NCBI GenBank assembly: GCA_965153285.1
Contig: OZ229115.1
Length of the DNA stretch: 64,000 bases
Strand: one strand, 5' to 3'
DNA from: Podarcis tiliguerta
Lineage: Eukaryota
The first letter of the stretch is position 1; every line of letters starts with the position of its first letter. Shown one piece after another: positions 25,649 to 38,176 of the stretch. The position numbers and the translations under genes were made by a program. The notes under the pieces are model-generated. The model did no database searches, was not told the origin of the DNA, and saw only the letters and a program-made list of their open reading frames with translations.

Positions 25649-28600
25649 CAACAGGTACTGCAGTGCAAAAAGTATATTAGGAATTGGGACAGAAGGTCTA
25701 GCACTATAACTAAAAAAAGCTAATGAAATAAACCTCTTGTCTGAATGTAGTCACAGCTTCACACTAAGCTGGACACTGGGTGTATGCACCTGTTTATAGG
25801 GTCTGTAAGCCACCTACAGTAGCCGGGCACTTGCGTTTTTCAAGAGAAATGTGCTGAAAGCCCTGCAAGTTCTGAGGGACACTAGGCTGTGAATCATGCA
25901 ATTTCCCTCTTTATTTAATCACTTTGAACTGGTTTAGTTCTCCAATGTCAACATATATTATCTACTTTAAAAAGGTGTTTTACAGGCTTAGGAGTTCTAA
26001 ATATCATTTATAAATAATTAATTCCACAATTGAGCTTCATGGAAGAAGGATAGCTCTTCATTACAATACCTGTGCCTTTTGAAATATCACTGTTATTTAT
26101 TGTGGCACCTCTGTATCAGAAGGAATTAGTGTACTCTGGAGGCTATAGTGTGTAATCTTGCATCGTTTCCAACAGGAGCTGATGGAGAGACTAGCTTAAA
26201 ATGGTGGGTTCTTGCCAATTAGATTTTTTAGGAGCAGGTTAACTGCACTTGGGATGTTATGTAACCCATGTGGATCAAATTTGGCATGATAAGTGCATGT
26301 CTGAATCCATTCTGAGCCACCAGGGCTTGTAGAGAAGTTGTTGGAGGTCGCACTTACTGGCTCAAGAATCCAGTGTGTCCCTTTGTATTCATCTTTAGAG
26401 TATCCCATTGGCCAATTTGGGAATAAGAATTGGGCCATTTTAGCTCTGTAATTCACAGCAGATTGTTATTGTAGTGGGTGGAACAAGCTGCAAACCTGAT
26501 CCTCCATTTGAAGAATGAGGTGGTGGTGGTGGAAGGGCTGGAATTCTCCATCCCTCCCATATTATTTGTCAAATTATGACCAGTTAGCTGATGATATAAG
26601 ATGACATAATAAAAAGCATTGCTTAATAGTTTTTTAAATTAATCAGGTTTGTGTTCTGTGGCTGTGTATTTACCAGGGCATTAATGAACACATGGGTGTT
26701 GCCCCATTTCCTTTCCTACCTCCTTTAACTTCAAGGGCCAATTTTATTATTTTTTTAATGCTTTCTTTTGCAAGAGCAGTTCTGTGCAAAACAACATACA
26801 TACATATACTGTATGTATATGTATGTTGGCATTTACTATGTAAGTGCTTTCAGCAGCAACCTGTAGAAAGAGGTGCACTTCATCCACTTCTTTGAGCTGA
26901 TGGAAAGAACATGACTAGGCGATGAGCACGCAGCAAAATGTAATCACATTCATTTTACAAAAACAACAACAGCACTGCAGTGCACCCACACTTGAGAAAC
27001 ATGGGATTTTATTTTGGATTTCCTCCTCTTATTGGGTTATCGACCCATTGGGAAAATACACATTAATTGAGAGGACGTGCAGGCTGCCACTTGGATAAGG
27101 ACAGTGTCATGTGGATGATATGAAAAAACATGCATACGTGGATTGTGTCCACTTCAAACTGCTGTGGGTACATACACTGTGATTTCAAATAATGGAAGAT
27201 TATTCAGTGTATATCATTTTTGATTAATGCTAGAAATGTTATACTGTACATGCAAGGTGCCAATGGAAGGAAATGGGAAGACATGTGACCACCCCTCTTC
27301 ATAAACAACCTTCTCTTCTCTGCATCTGGTTGTAACCTTTCTGACATTCAGCACATCCCTGCCCTGCTTTGTTTTGACTCCTGACAAGCCTTTCAATTTG
27401 CTCTTTTCTTTGAAGAGCTGAGAAGTCATCAGTAGCCCCTCTCCTGCTCTCTCCTCTCAAATTATTGAGCGCTGGTGTTGAGTTTCAGCCCTGGCGGACA
27501 TGAATGGGGCAGCACCATTGATCCACAGGGCTCAAGTTCAGCTGGCTGCCAGTGTGACCCTATTCCTGAGTGGGTTGTGGCTGCCTCAGCTTACAGTGGC
27601 TCTTGCATCTTTATGCAAAGGGACAAGAAGGATCCTGGGGTTCTTTGTGTGTACATGCATATATCTATGTATGTGAACTGTTATTGTATCATGAGATGGA
27701 AAGGCAGGTGCCACAGCATGCTTGAAGCTGGGAGTCAGGCAGAATGAACAATAATTGGAACAAGGCTATGCTGTGAACACTTCAAGGAAGTGTGCCTGTT
27801 TCAGTGTACATGTGCAGCATGGGGTCAGCAGCTTAATTTTAATTCCAAATATTTGCAATAAAGCAAATACTGGCATTTGGTCCTTTACCCTATATTTATG
27901 TTGCTTCTGCGTCCCCGCCCCCAGTTCCCTATCGCATAAATGTGCATTGACTTCTGATTCAGAGAATCACAAAATACTCTTCACAAAAGAGAGTTACACC
28001 AGTCATCGAGGAAGGGTTTTGAATTTATTTGTAGGGATGGAAAGACTTCGAGAATGTGGGTGCTAAGAAGGAAATTGGCTCAATACTTTGTAACAACTTA
28101 GACATCTAATTGTTTGTCAGGCATCTTCGTGAGGGCAAATCCATTGGTCTAGATAAAAAGTTAGGACTTTGCAGTACCAGGTGAGAAATGTGAAAAAGAA
28201 AGATAAATCTGTACTGTATTGCTCAGTGGGACAATTACTGTGTGTAATTTTAGCCTGAAAATAACTTCTAGATGAAGGGTGTGTTAACTCTTTTTCTACG
28301 CAACCACTTTCTCTCTAAAACTCAGCCCAACACCTGTTTCCCCTCTACCCCCACAGAGTTCCTGATCCATATTTGAGAGGTTTACATGGTTTTACAACCC
28401 TATGAAGAAGAGGAAGCAAGTGGGAGTGGTGGTGGATTTCCTCTCCTGTAGCTTTGTCTATATGAATCACCATTTTCTCAGGGTCCATTACAATATGGTT
28501 GCAGTATAATGCATAATTTGGCCCTTTGCAGATCTCTGGGTTCCATTCTTACTTGTTGTTAAATCTGTCTCCAGAATCTTTGACCTTGCTGCATGTCTTT

Positions 28601-28691
28601 ATACCACCACATCTAATCCGGTCCAAGATCAAAGGTTGGCTTTTTAGAGAAGTTAAAATGCAAGCTTATGAAATATAGAGTGGTTTGTTTC

Positions 28692-28741
<50 letters not shown>

Positions 28742-29106
28742 TAATGTATACCCTTCCCATCTGGCTGGGCTTCCCCAGCCACTCTGGGCGGCTTCCAACA
28801 AAATATTAAAATATAGTAATGCATCAAACATTAAAAGCTTCCTTAAGCAGGGCTGCCTTCAGATGTCTTCTAAAAGTCTGGTAGTTGTTGTTCTCTTTGA
28901 CATCTGGTGGGAGGGCGTTCCACAGGGCGAGTGCCACTACTGAGAAGGCCCTCTGCCTGGTTCCCTGTAACTTGGCTTCTTGCAGTGAGGGAACCACCAG
29001 AAGGCCCTCAGTGCTGGACCTCAATGTCCAGGTAGAATGATTGGGGTGGAGACGCTTCTTCAGGTATACTGGACCGAGGCCATTTAGGGCTTTAAAGGTC
29101 AGCACC
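28692..29106 (-). mobile_element. Young L2 LINE 3' end with (TAA)16 tail
   Basis: ORF 28824..29105(-) reads LTFKALNGLGP...RAFSVVALALWNALP...FRRHLK. Candidate TSD ttctaat at 28689 and 29114. Confidence 0.93.
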
Positions 29107-29626
29107 TTTAAAGTTCTAATGTATTTTGCAATTCTTGATTCTCTTAATAGAAGTCAGTGTTGAATCCCTTCCATCTTCTTTATAGTCCAGTCCAATGAAT
29201 TCCCTTTATATTTTCCTCAGTACATTTCTGTTTTTGTACATTAACCATAGTCTAAGCAAAGTAATAAATCTAAGCACACACATATTCCTTGCTGTACAGC
29301 CTCTGAGACAAATAGAGAAAAGTGTTCTTTTTCTTTTTTGCTATAGGTCCTGCTGCCAGAAATGGTTGACTGACCAGTCAATGAGAGCCGTTTTTTACAG
29401 CTTCCCCCCTGTTGTTTGGGACAGCAAGACTTTAGTCTTAGGCTAGAATCACAGGGAAGTATTTCACATTGATTAGCTAGTCAGTGATGAAAGATGCCTA
29501 AAGCAAGACAAAATAAGGTAAATAACTAGTTTTGAGAAAGTCAGTAGAGAACAGCTGTAGACACTTCCATGTGTTGCTTGCAAATGATATTTTCTACCTC
29601 ACTCTGCCAATGGAGCTAGCAAACAA

Positions 29627-30196
29627 TGTGTTGTTGGCATCCATTTACCCTGAGAGACAATGGAGTGTGCCTCCAAGAGTGAAGTCAAACTGCTGTGTTA
29701 GTAACACTGAAGTGACCTCTCCAGGGCACAAGCCTGGGCAGTGCATATGGAGGTCCTGGGCTGCCCAGACGACAACCCTCCTCTTGGCCTTGCTGATGTG
29801 GTCCAAAGGAAAGCAGAGCAATATGTTTGGCACCATTTTGATTGCAGGAGTTGCTGGAAAGAGGTGTACAAGGTGCTATCCAACTGTCTTACGGACTCCA
29901 TTCCAGATTTGTTTAGGATTTACTTACTAGCTTTTTCTTCTCCTGAAGATATCCTGCAAGGCAGCAGAGGTTTAGGATCAGAATTTTCCTTCTCCTAGAT
30001 GGGCTACCTTCCCAGGTTGATGAACCCCATCTGCACCTCACTTCCCTCCATAGCACATGCAGAAATCACCTTCTTGACTGGTGGATCCACTCAATCCACC
30101 GGAGCCTGTTTTCACATGCAGGGGATGTCCCTAACTCACCAAGGATCTGACACCAATCGGCTACCCTCACCTGGTTTAGCCAACCAGTTGAAGCCC
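29627..30196 (-). mobile_element. Non-autonomous bipartite RTE-derived retroposon
   Basis: First ~65 bp match the RTE 3' termini at 45678 and 36090. The remainder is non-coding and contains ttctcctagatgggctaccttcccagg, which resembles an RTE 5' UTR motif. Confidence 0.65.
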
Positions 30197-30699
30197 CATC
30201 CTGTTATTCATGGATGTTTTTCCTGTACTGGCCAAACCTGGAGACAGAGGGTGGAATTCAGTATCATGCTATTACAAATGTTCTGTCTGCATAAGTATAT
30301 CTTCTTGCTAGATTAAACAATACCCCCCATATGCTGTACTGGGGGTTCTTCTGACCCTCCTGTCAATTTCTTGGGGGGCACACTGTGGGGAGATGAGAGA
30401 AAGCTCTAAAGTGCAAGCAGAAGTCCTTAGACAGCGCTTCTGCTGATGAGGTTCATTAAATGACTCCTGCTCAGTGTTTTAGTCTGGGTAAATGTTTGGC
30501 CCAGCAGGGCTGTTCTTGTGTATATGATGTGAAATTGAGTAGCTCTCAGTTCAACTAGAACTGTGGGTTCGCCTGGCCATACCTATCACATTCGTTATAT
30601 CAGGAGCTTCTCTCTTGGGCTTGTTTTGCTCATGTTTCTAAGGGGGGAGAGTGCAGCTGTAGTGGTGACAGGTTTTGCAGCTGGCCTGAGAGGACCCAA

Positions 30700-30900
30700 A
30701 CACGTGCTTTTAAGAGGAAGGAAAAAGTGCAGCTTTTATTAAACAATAGCATATCTTCAAATTGGATTATGGCAAATTTTCAGGGACACCACAGCATTGA
30801 TTGGCTGGCCTGGAGTGGGAGAGGCTATGCATAGGCACGCCAGCGCGTGTGCAATCGGATCTCTTCCATTAGACTGATCAATAACTGCTGTGCAAGGGTG
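30700..30900. promoter_or_regulatory. Candidate enhancer
   Basis: TTTTATT, AACAAT, GGATTA, TGATTGGCTG and a CpG cluster (cacgccagcgcgtg) in unique sequence. Confidence 0.35.
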
Positions 30901-33900
30901 GTGGTGGTGTGGAGTGTTGACAAAACTGAATAAATATAGATGTGAGAGCTGAGAAATTGCATTACAACCAGAGGGTCCAAGCACAACACACATAACCCTT
31001 TCACCTCGCTACCCAGATTCCTGTGAGGGTTAACTCTTTCAAGGGCAGGGGCATGGCACTGGAAGAACCAAAGGTAAAGAAACACTATGTCACAGACCGG
31101 GTGTCCCAGACCCTTCAGCTTTTTGGACAGCTGCTCCTTGCTTGCTACCCTTTTTTCTCTTGTCTTCCCATCTGATGAGAGAAGCCCTACACATCAAGTG
31201 AGGGAGTAGAGAGCCCACTCTACCCTCCCATTGCTTTATCCTTTCAAGAGGCAGCCTCTGCCTTCTTCAGGATTTACCTCTACCTCATTTCCATGACTTC
31301 CTCTAAGACTGACAAGGCGGCATCTGGAAGCCTGCAGCCTTTTATCATGCCCATTATAACTCACCTTCAGGACCACCACCACCCCCAACCAGTTGAGCTA
31401 CTTGCAAGCAAGCAAGCAAACAATCTAGCAGCTGCTTCTCCACACACTCCATTGCCATCCATGGATGTCATGCTATGGAGTTCTGTTTTCCAACTCTGCC
31501 ACTCTGGGCTACAGTTATTTTGCTCTGCAAATGCTTGGTCAAGAATCAGTTCAGCAGGGATGAAGGAGTGAGTGCTTGTCCCTGGCAAAAGCCAGGGTTA
31601 TTATTTTACACCAGTCAACATACTGCTCAGTAAGTAGGAGAACATGGTGTTGAATTGCCATGCTAATGATTCCAAGTTCCTGTCGAGTAGTGGGAATGAT
31701 TTGGGCTAAGATGTGTGGTGTATATATTTTGTTTCTATGAGCCTACAGTGAGCTCACATTGCAAACCATGCTTATTGAGGTCTACACCTACAGGCGTTGT
31801 TGTATTTTTTTTAAAAAGAGATACAAGTTGCAGCAATGTCCCACTAGGTGGTAAACTTGCTTCTGTTTGCACCTGCTATAGATTCCCTTCTCTCAACACC
31901 CTGTGACCTAAACAAGTCCTGCTGAGCAGCCATATTGGGCCAGCTCTAATTAGTGTTCATTGAACATACTGTTTTGCTTTGGCCAGACAACACAGCAGTG
32001 ACCTCTTGACCTTTCATTTTGGTTCAGAGCCCCCTGACAGCTGTGAACCCTGGGAATGTCTTCTGCTCTATTCCCCTCCCCCTGTCTCATCCTTCTCACC
32101 CAGTGGCCCCAGCCATGCTTGGATGAAGGTGCTGACTGGGGTGGCATGTAGGCCAGGAGATAGCATCTGCCTCCGTAAGCTCTTTCCTGAATATGATTTA
32201 AAGTAATAAGTGAGGAGGAAACCTGTAATAAAGTCAGCAGCACTTTGCTCATTAAGGGGGAAAAGACTATGCTGGGCTAGGAATAATATTAATTAGACAG
32301 ATATATGAGGAGCCGGGAAGCCTTTCGGAGATATATATGGTGCCTCCAAGATGGATAAATGGGAAGAGCAGCATCCACACTTTTGGCAAAAAAGAGATTT
32401 TAGGGGTAGATTGGGATGGGCCTGAAGGCATTATGTAAACTAGGGTGACATTACCAAGAAAGGCACACTTCCAAAACAATCTGATAATATCATTCATAGA
32501 TAACTGATCCCTCAGGGACTGGCATGTTTAAGGTTGTTTTGTGGTATATAGTTCCAAGAATGATGCTGTTCGGGCTTAGCTTATCCTGCCAAGCTCAGAG
32601 AATGACACCGGTGTATTATAACTTTTGTGTTCCTGGGTTATAGTTGGCCCAACTTTTCTCATGGTTGATTCTCAGCTTGCTTCCTTAGTACCCTCTCCCC
32701 CTCCCTGCCCAAGTTAAATATAGCAGCTGACTTTGGAGGTGATTAGTAATAAAAATTTAACAAGCGTCTATATGAACGTCTTTCTGTCACTTTTATGAGG
32801 CCATTTACCGCTGGGGAGATATACCTTCCATTTCCCCCTCACAAGAAGTTCCAAAGCTCAGAGACAGCATACCGTATGGCCAACCCTCCTCATTTTGACA
32901 GGTAGTGGAGGAAAGGAAGACAACATGCCCAGCTTGCATTCCCTCTGCACAGACTTTCAGGTGTTCTCCATTCTCCAGTGTGCATGGCTCTGACAAAAAT
33001 CAATGAAGCAGCACAACATGCCTTCTACTCCTCTTGCCTTCCTTCAGTCTTTGTTTCTGTTTTGAAGAGCTACCTTCTACTGGATAGCCCTTGCAGAGGT
33101 GAAGGTAGATCTGGATCTACTGGTAGATCTCTAGGTGATTTGCAGAAGATAGATAAGGATATCTGACTTCAAATAGTGTAACAACAACAGCAACAGAATC
33201 CACCCCCTCCACTCTGAATTATACTGCTGAAATGAAGAAAGCTTAGGGTAATTAGGAGTGTTATTTGTATGTAGAAGGGCTATGGTATCAGGTCAGGTCT
33301 GTATTCAAAAGCAAATTTATGGGCTCAGAATGATTCAATCCTAAATGTATGTCTTTTGCACTTGGCTCTGGATGATGGAATTGAAGTCTGCTTACCCCTT
33401 AGAACATTAACATACGTAGATGAGTAATGACTCTAATATGAAGAATTGCTATGAGTACAATGGTAGTGCTGGAGTATTCAGGTGTCTTCCTATTCTGTCC
33501 CTTGGAGAAAGCCCACATGGCTTATATGCAGTTTTGGGTTGTTTTTATGCTTTGAAAGTGCTGCACTTCTGTCATACTTGTATTAATTAGCATTAATAAG
33601 ATTGTGGTCCATGTTGCACAAATTGGTATTTTGGGAATATAGGCCGAGTGGATCTGGGTAGAATTTGGCCCTAGCATTTGGTTGGGTGGAAAGCCTGTGG
33701 GATACCAGAAGTGGAATCCTACTTTCTCCCCTCTCCCCTTCCAGTTGGCTCAGGAGTTGGGAGAACCCGCAGAACATAATGCCGGGGGAGGAGATGGAAG
33801 ATTGTTCCATCAGGCAAGCCGAACCAAATGCATGAGCTGAGGGAACAATTGTCATAACACTGTTGAATATATTCAACCTGAAGAGGTGAAAGTGAGCAGG

Positions 33901-34599
33901 AGTTGGAAGAGAGTTGCATGTAATGAATCACCAGCATATCAGGAAGCAGGATTATTGGGAAGCAGAGCAGAAAGGTATCATGTATCTATATCAGTAGCTG
34001 CTCTCCAGAACCTAGGATAGCTCAGAGAGTGGCACTGACATTTATCTGACAAAAGCTGAAACTTGATGGCAACTGCACTAAGCCTAGTCCCACAGGTGCA
34101 GTTGATGGAATTTAAAGGACCTGGTTTGTTGGAGTGAAGCTGTGTCAGTGAATGACAGGACACATGGTCCAGGGTACTTATCAGAGCCACCTTGTCTGCT
34201 TACTTCCTCCTTGTCTTTCATTCATTCCTGACCAGAGAGCTCAGTGGCACCCCTGGTCTCCCTTTGCCAGCAGTACCATGCAAACTGTGTCATGTTTTAT
34301 TTAAGGGAGTCTGTACATGCTGTTTTGCCAGGCATGTGACTATGTCTAGGAGCCCTTTGAGTTTATGCAGATATTAGTTGCAATGGGCTTTTTCCATGGC
34401 AATATGGGGTAGAAACTGGGATATAGGAAGACTGACTTAGAAGTAGACAGAGAGAAGTATGGCTCTGCCTATGCTATAGAACATATGATCATTCTAGCCT
34501 CATTCTGCTGCTCCAGGAGGAGGTCAAGAAGGCAAAGTTACCAGAGAGGTGAATTATCAGAGGGAGTGGTAACAATGGGTCAGGCAGCTCCAAGCAGGG

Positions 34600-34890
34600 G
34601 GTAATAGAGTTAAGGGGCAGCATCTTGTGGGGAGCCCGGCATTAAAGCAATGAGTAGAGCTTAATCTGCCCCGAGCAAGGGCAGCGAGGTCTTTAATATT
34701 ATGTCAGGCACATGGGCTGCGCTGGCGGGCTATCCTTCACAGCAGCTAATGCCACTGGGATAACTGAATTAGCCCCTTTTCTGACGGGGAGAGCATGGGG
34801 TTGGCGGCCGGGCGATCGTGCCTTGCAGCTGCGAGAGAAGCGAGCAATGGACTGCAAATTCAATCAGGTGAGCGGGACTGAAGGACGCAG
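34600..34890 (+). promoter_or_regulatory. CpG-dense island; candidate enhancer or alternative promoter/first exon
   Basis: About 14 CpGs in 260 bp and several TAAT/ATTA cores. GCAATGG at 34844-34850 is followed by CAG|GTGAGC at 34867. Confidence 0.45.
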
Positions 34891-35205
34891 GTGTTCCCTC
34901 ACTTCTAAGCAACCTCTTCTCCAGCCCACCAGGCTTCATCCCAGTCCTAAGAGTCCTGATGCTCAGTCCCTGTCCTATTCAAAGCCGCTAGAACCTGACT
35001 CTTGGCTTCCAGTACTTCTCACCCCCTTTCTCTTCCCAGTGAATGCATCAGTTCTAGTATTCTAGTATTCTGCGCCTCTTACTCTGCAAGAATTAAGGAC
35101 GTCTTGTCTGATTCTCTCAGTTTTGTGAAAGTGATTTAGCTTAGAGGATAGTAGTTTCATCTTGGTTATCAGAAGAGGGAGCCCAAGCAACTCCCAAGCA
35201 GAATA

Positions 35206-35447
35206 CAGTGGTACCTCAGATTACAGACGCTTCAGGTTACAGACGCTCCAGGTTACAAACTCCGCTAACCCAGAAATAGTACCTCAGGTTAAGAACTTTG
35301 CTTCAGGATGAGAACAGAAATCGCACAGTGGTGGTTCAGTGGCAGCAGGAGGCCCCATTAGCTAAAGTGGTACCTCTAGTTAAGAACGGTTTCTGGTTAA
35401 GAATGGACCTCCAGAACAAATTAAGTTCTTAACCCGAGGTACCACTG
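35206..35447 (+). mobile_element. Tc1/mariner MITE, family B, full length
   Basis: TA-CAGTGGTACCTC...GAGGTACCACTG-TA. Confidence 0.95.
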
Positions 35448-35648
35448 TATTGCTGATTATGGAGTTCAAGTGCCCTGGATGCTAGTTCCTCCTTGCTTAC
35501 TGTTGTTTTCAATTGTAGGGCTAATTCTGTTTCATGTCATGTGGGTTGGATATGAGAGAGTAAAAGCATTAAATAATAATTGGGACAGCTGTGGTGTTTC
35601 CCATTCTTTCAAGGGATTGTACTCTGCTGCCTAAGCTGAGCCAAACAT

Positions 35649-35649
<1 letters not shown>

Positions 35650-35684
<35 letters not shown>
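35650..35684. repeat. (CA)17 microsatellite
   Basis: Perfect dinucleotide run. Confidence 0.97.
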
Positions 35685-35686
<2 letters not shown>

Positions 35687-36089
35687 GGCGTAAGTTAAGT
35701 AGATTGTTAGGATTGTTGTTTCTCACAGAGGGTGAGGAACTGGATCCAGCTGGTGATCTGGATAATTACGTCTCCCACAGAACAACTTTGACAGGTGGGT
35801 TGAGCCACCCACGTGCTGATCACCTGATGTTATTATGGCACCAAGGGACAACTTCAAAGCAGTTTTTGGTAACCCCAAACCAGCTGATCAGTAGTTACAG
35901 TGAGTTGCTTTGAAGTTTGTTTGCGGGATGGTTTGGATTCCGACAACTCTTACCAACAGACACTTTTACTCTGCAGATCTGCAAGCAGGCTGCAAACAGA
36001 CAAAGTGAGGCTTGCGGAAAGCTCATTTGAAGGCACATTGTCAGTGCCAATCAGTTTATCAACACTGATGAGAGTCCCATTGACTGCTC

Positions 36090-36301
36090 TGGTTGGTTGG
36101 CTCCTGTCTGTCTTGGGAGACAGTGAAAGAGAGGTAAAGTCAAACTGTTGGATCGTTACAGCACCTGCTTTGACCGTAGAGACCAATACGGGAGAGACAT
36201 GTTTTGTTGCAGCTGGGGCAGATAAGGCATCCGGTTGTGCTGTTGCAGGTGTACCATGGTGTTTCTTCTTTCTGCACTCCTTCCAGTGGTCATTGCTCCT
36301 C
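36090..36301 (-). mobile_element. RTE-clade LINE 3' fragment
   Basis: Colinear with 45678-45900 (aaagtcaaac...gagacatgtttt...catggtgtttctt...ccagtggtcatt). Confidence 0.8.
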
Positions 36302-36512
36302 TTAAGTACTTAATTCGTTCCAGAGGTCTGTTCTTAACCTGAAACTGTTCTTAACCTGAAGCACCACTTTAGCTAATGGGGCCTCCTGCTGCTGCCGCAC
36401 CGCCGGAGCACGATTTCTGTTCTCATCCTGAAGCAAAGTTCTTAACCCGAGGTACTATTTCTGGGTTAGCGGAGTCTGTAACATGAAGTGTATGTAACCC
36501 GAGGTAGCACTG
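36302..36512 (-). mobile_element. Tc1/mariner MITE, family B, left TIR lost
   Basis: Matches 10296-10529. Right end GAGGTAGCACTG-TA. Abuts the RTE fragment directly. Confidence 0.92.
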
Positions 36513-37119
36513 TATATTAATACATCATCCAGGACCAGTTTGAGGGCCAGATTGCAATGACGCCTTCACCCAGCGGTATGTCGCAGATGGGGCTTGCCTG
36601 CCGCCTGGCACCTTACTTTCCTTTCCCTCCTTCCTCCTTCCTTCCTGCCAGGTGCTGGCAGTGTTGGGAGTGAGCCAGTTTCACCCGAGCGCCCTGTGGG
36701 GCCAGGGCCTATGCTCCTTGTTCCTCTCTCCACACCAGGCACTGGGAGTGGTGGTGGTTTTACATGATACATTGTGATGTTGAAAACCTGATATTGCCCA
36801 GCCCTAATTCAACCTAGGGCTGCTTGAAAAATCTGTCTTATGTTCCTCAGGCCTGTACTGCAGTAACAGTGCCCTGCCGGTAAACCTTTAAAAGGTAATA
36901 CAGTGAGGGAGGAATACATTGGAATTTAATCTTATTTGTATTATTTGCAAGGAGGATATTACTGTGTCAAGTATTTTCAGTTCAATAATATGTATCATTT
37001 AGTCAAAGGACCCCTTGACAGGTGATGATTTCATACATTTAGACATAGGAAAACTGCATGTAAATCATCATCTGTGACAAGCATATGTATTTCTGTTGCC
37101 TTTCTTAGCATCCTGAATA

Positions 37120-37590
37120 AGAATGGGTGTGTCTGTGTCTGTTTATTTCACATTTTATTGCAAAACAAACCTAATTCACATTTTCTGAAGAAATAACACA
37201 AACCAAAACACAACTATCCTTCTAAATTTGCCCTTCTCTGAATTGTGTGGTGCAGGGCAGATATTGTGCATAAAAAAGAGTATATCATGAGAATGTGTAC
37301 ATAACAATGCACATATTGGTGAAAATAACATAGAAAAATGCATTATATGAGGGGAAATTGTATACAAAATGTGTATATTAGAAGAAATGCACACTAAAAT
37401 GCCGATATTGCAGGGGGTTGGTCTAGGTGACCCTTAGAGTCACTTTGAACTCTACAGTTCTGTGATTTGAAGACAAATTCTTATAAGAACTTAAAAAAAC
37501 CCAAAAAACTCCTGCAAGTTCATGCGAAGATGTGGAACTGAACTCCATATTATCTGGAGAAGCTGAAAATGACAGATTCACCCATCCCTT
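37120..37590. mobile_element. Old AT-rich non-autonomous DNA element containing a SINE/CR1 tail at 37407-37467
   Basis: Ends gaatgggtgtgtctgt / acagattcacccatccct are degenerate TIRs. The insert attgcagggggttgg...ttctgtgatt matches the tail of 45303-45455. Confidence 0.55.
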
Positions 37591-38176
37591 GTCCCAGATT
37601 CCTCAGAACTCATAGCTGCTTTATGCTTCCTTAAGGAGCACAATTTATGCTCCTTTCTCTGTTTTTCCATTAAGTCAGAGAAGCCCAGCTCATCAGAGGT
37701 GTGTGGCAGGAGTAGATAATCCAGTTTACCCTCACCCTCACTAGTTTCTTTATCTTCATTCCCTCCCTTTCCATGACTTCCTCAGAGGTGAGGACTCTGG
37801 AATCCTCTCATCAGCCCCACATGAATCCCTATCTGGACTGACTTCTGGCTGGGCTACTCATGAGCAAGCAGCTGGTCTTTCCCAGAGTGTGCATTTCACC
37901 AAGTCTCCTCTTGGTTGTATGCACTGGAAAGGCAAAGTCAATCACAGTTCTCATCCTGTCTGTGTACATTCTGCAAAACAGATCTTTTGGCCACACATGA
38001 TGGTATGAAATTATATCTCTATAGGGAAATGTTGCAAGCAAACATTAGACCGTACCCTGCCTAAATAAGAGCAAGAAAATCATCTCCATGTCAAGATCAG
38101 TTGTACTATGTAGCACAAGAACTGTGTTTCAAGTTCTGTGAAATAAACTCAACAAGCTTATCCAGTCTCTAATTCT

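Noticed and set aside
31841-31854. CTCF site CCACTAGGTGGTAA
   Set aside because: It has a mismatch at a key core C and the upstream TGCAG spacing is non-standard. Not supportable without a PWM scan or ChIP.
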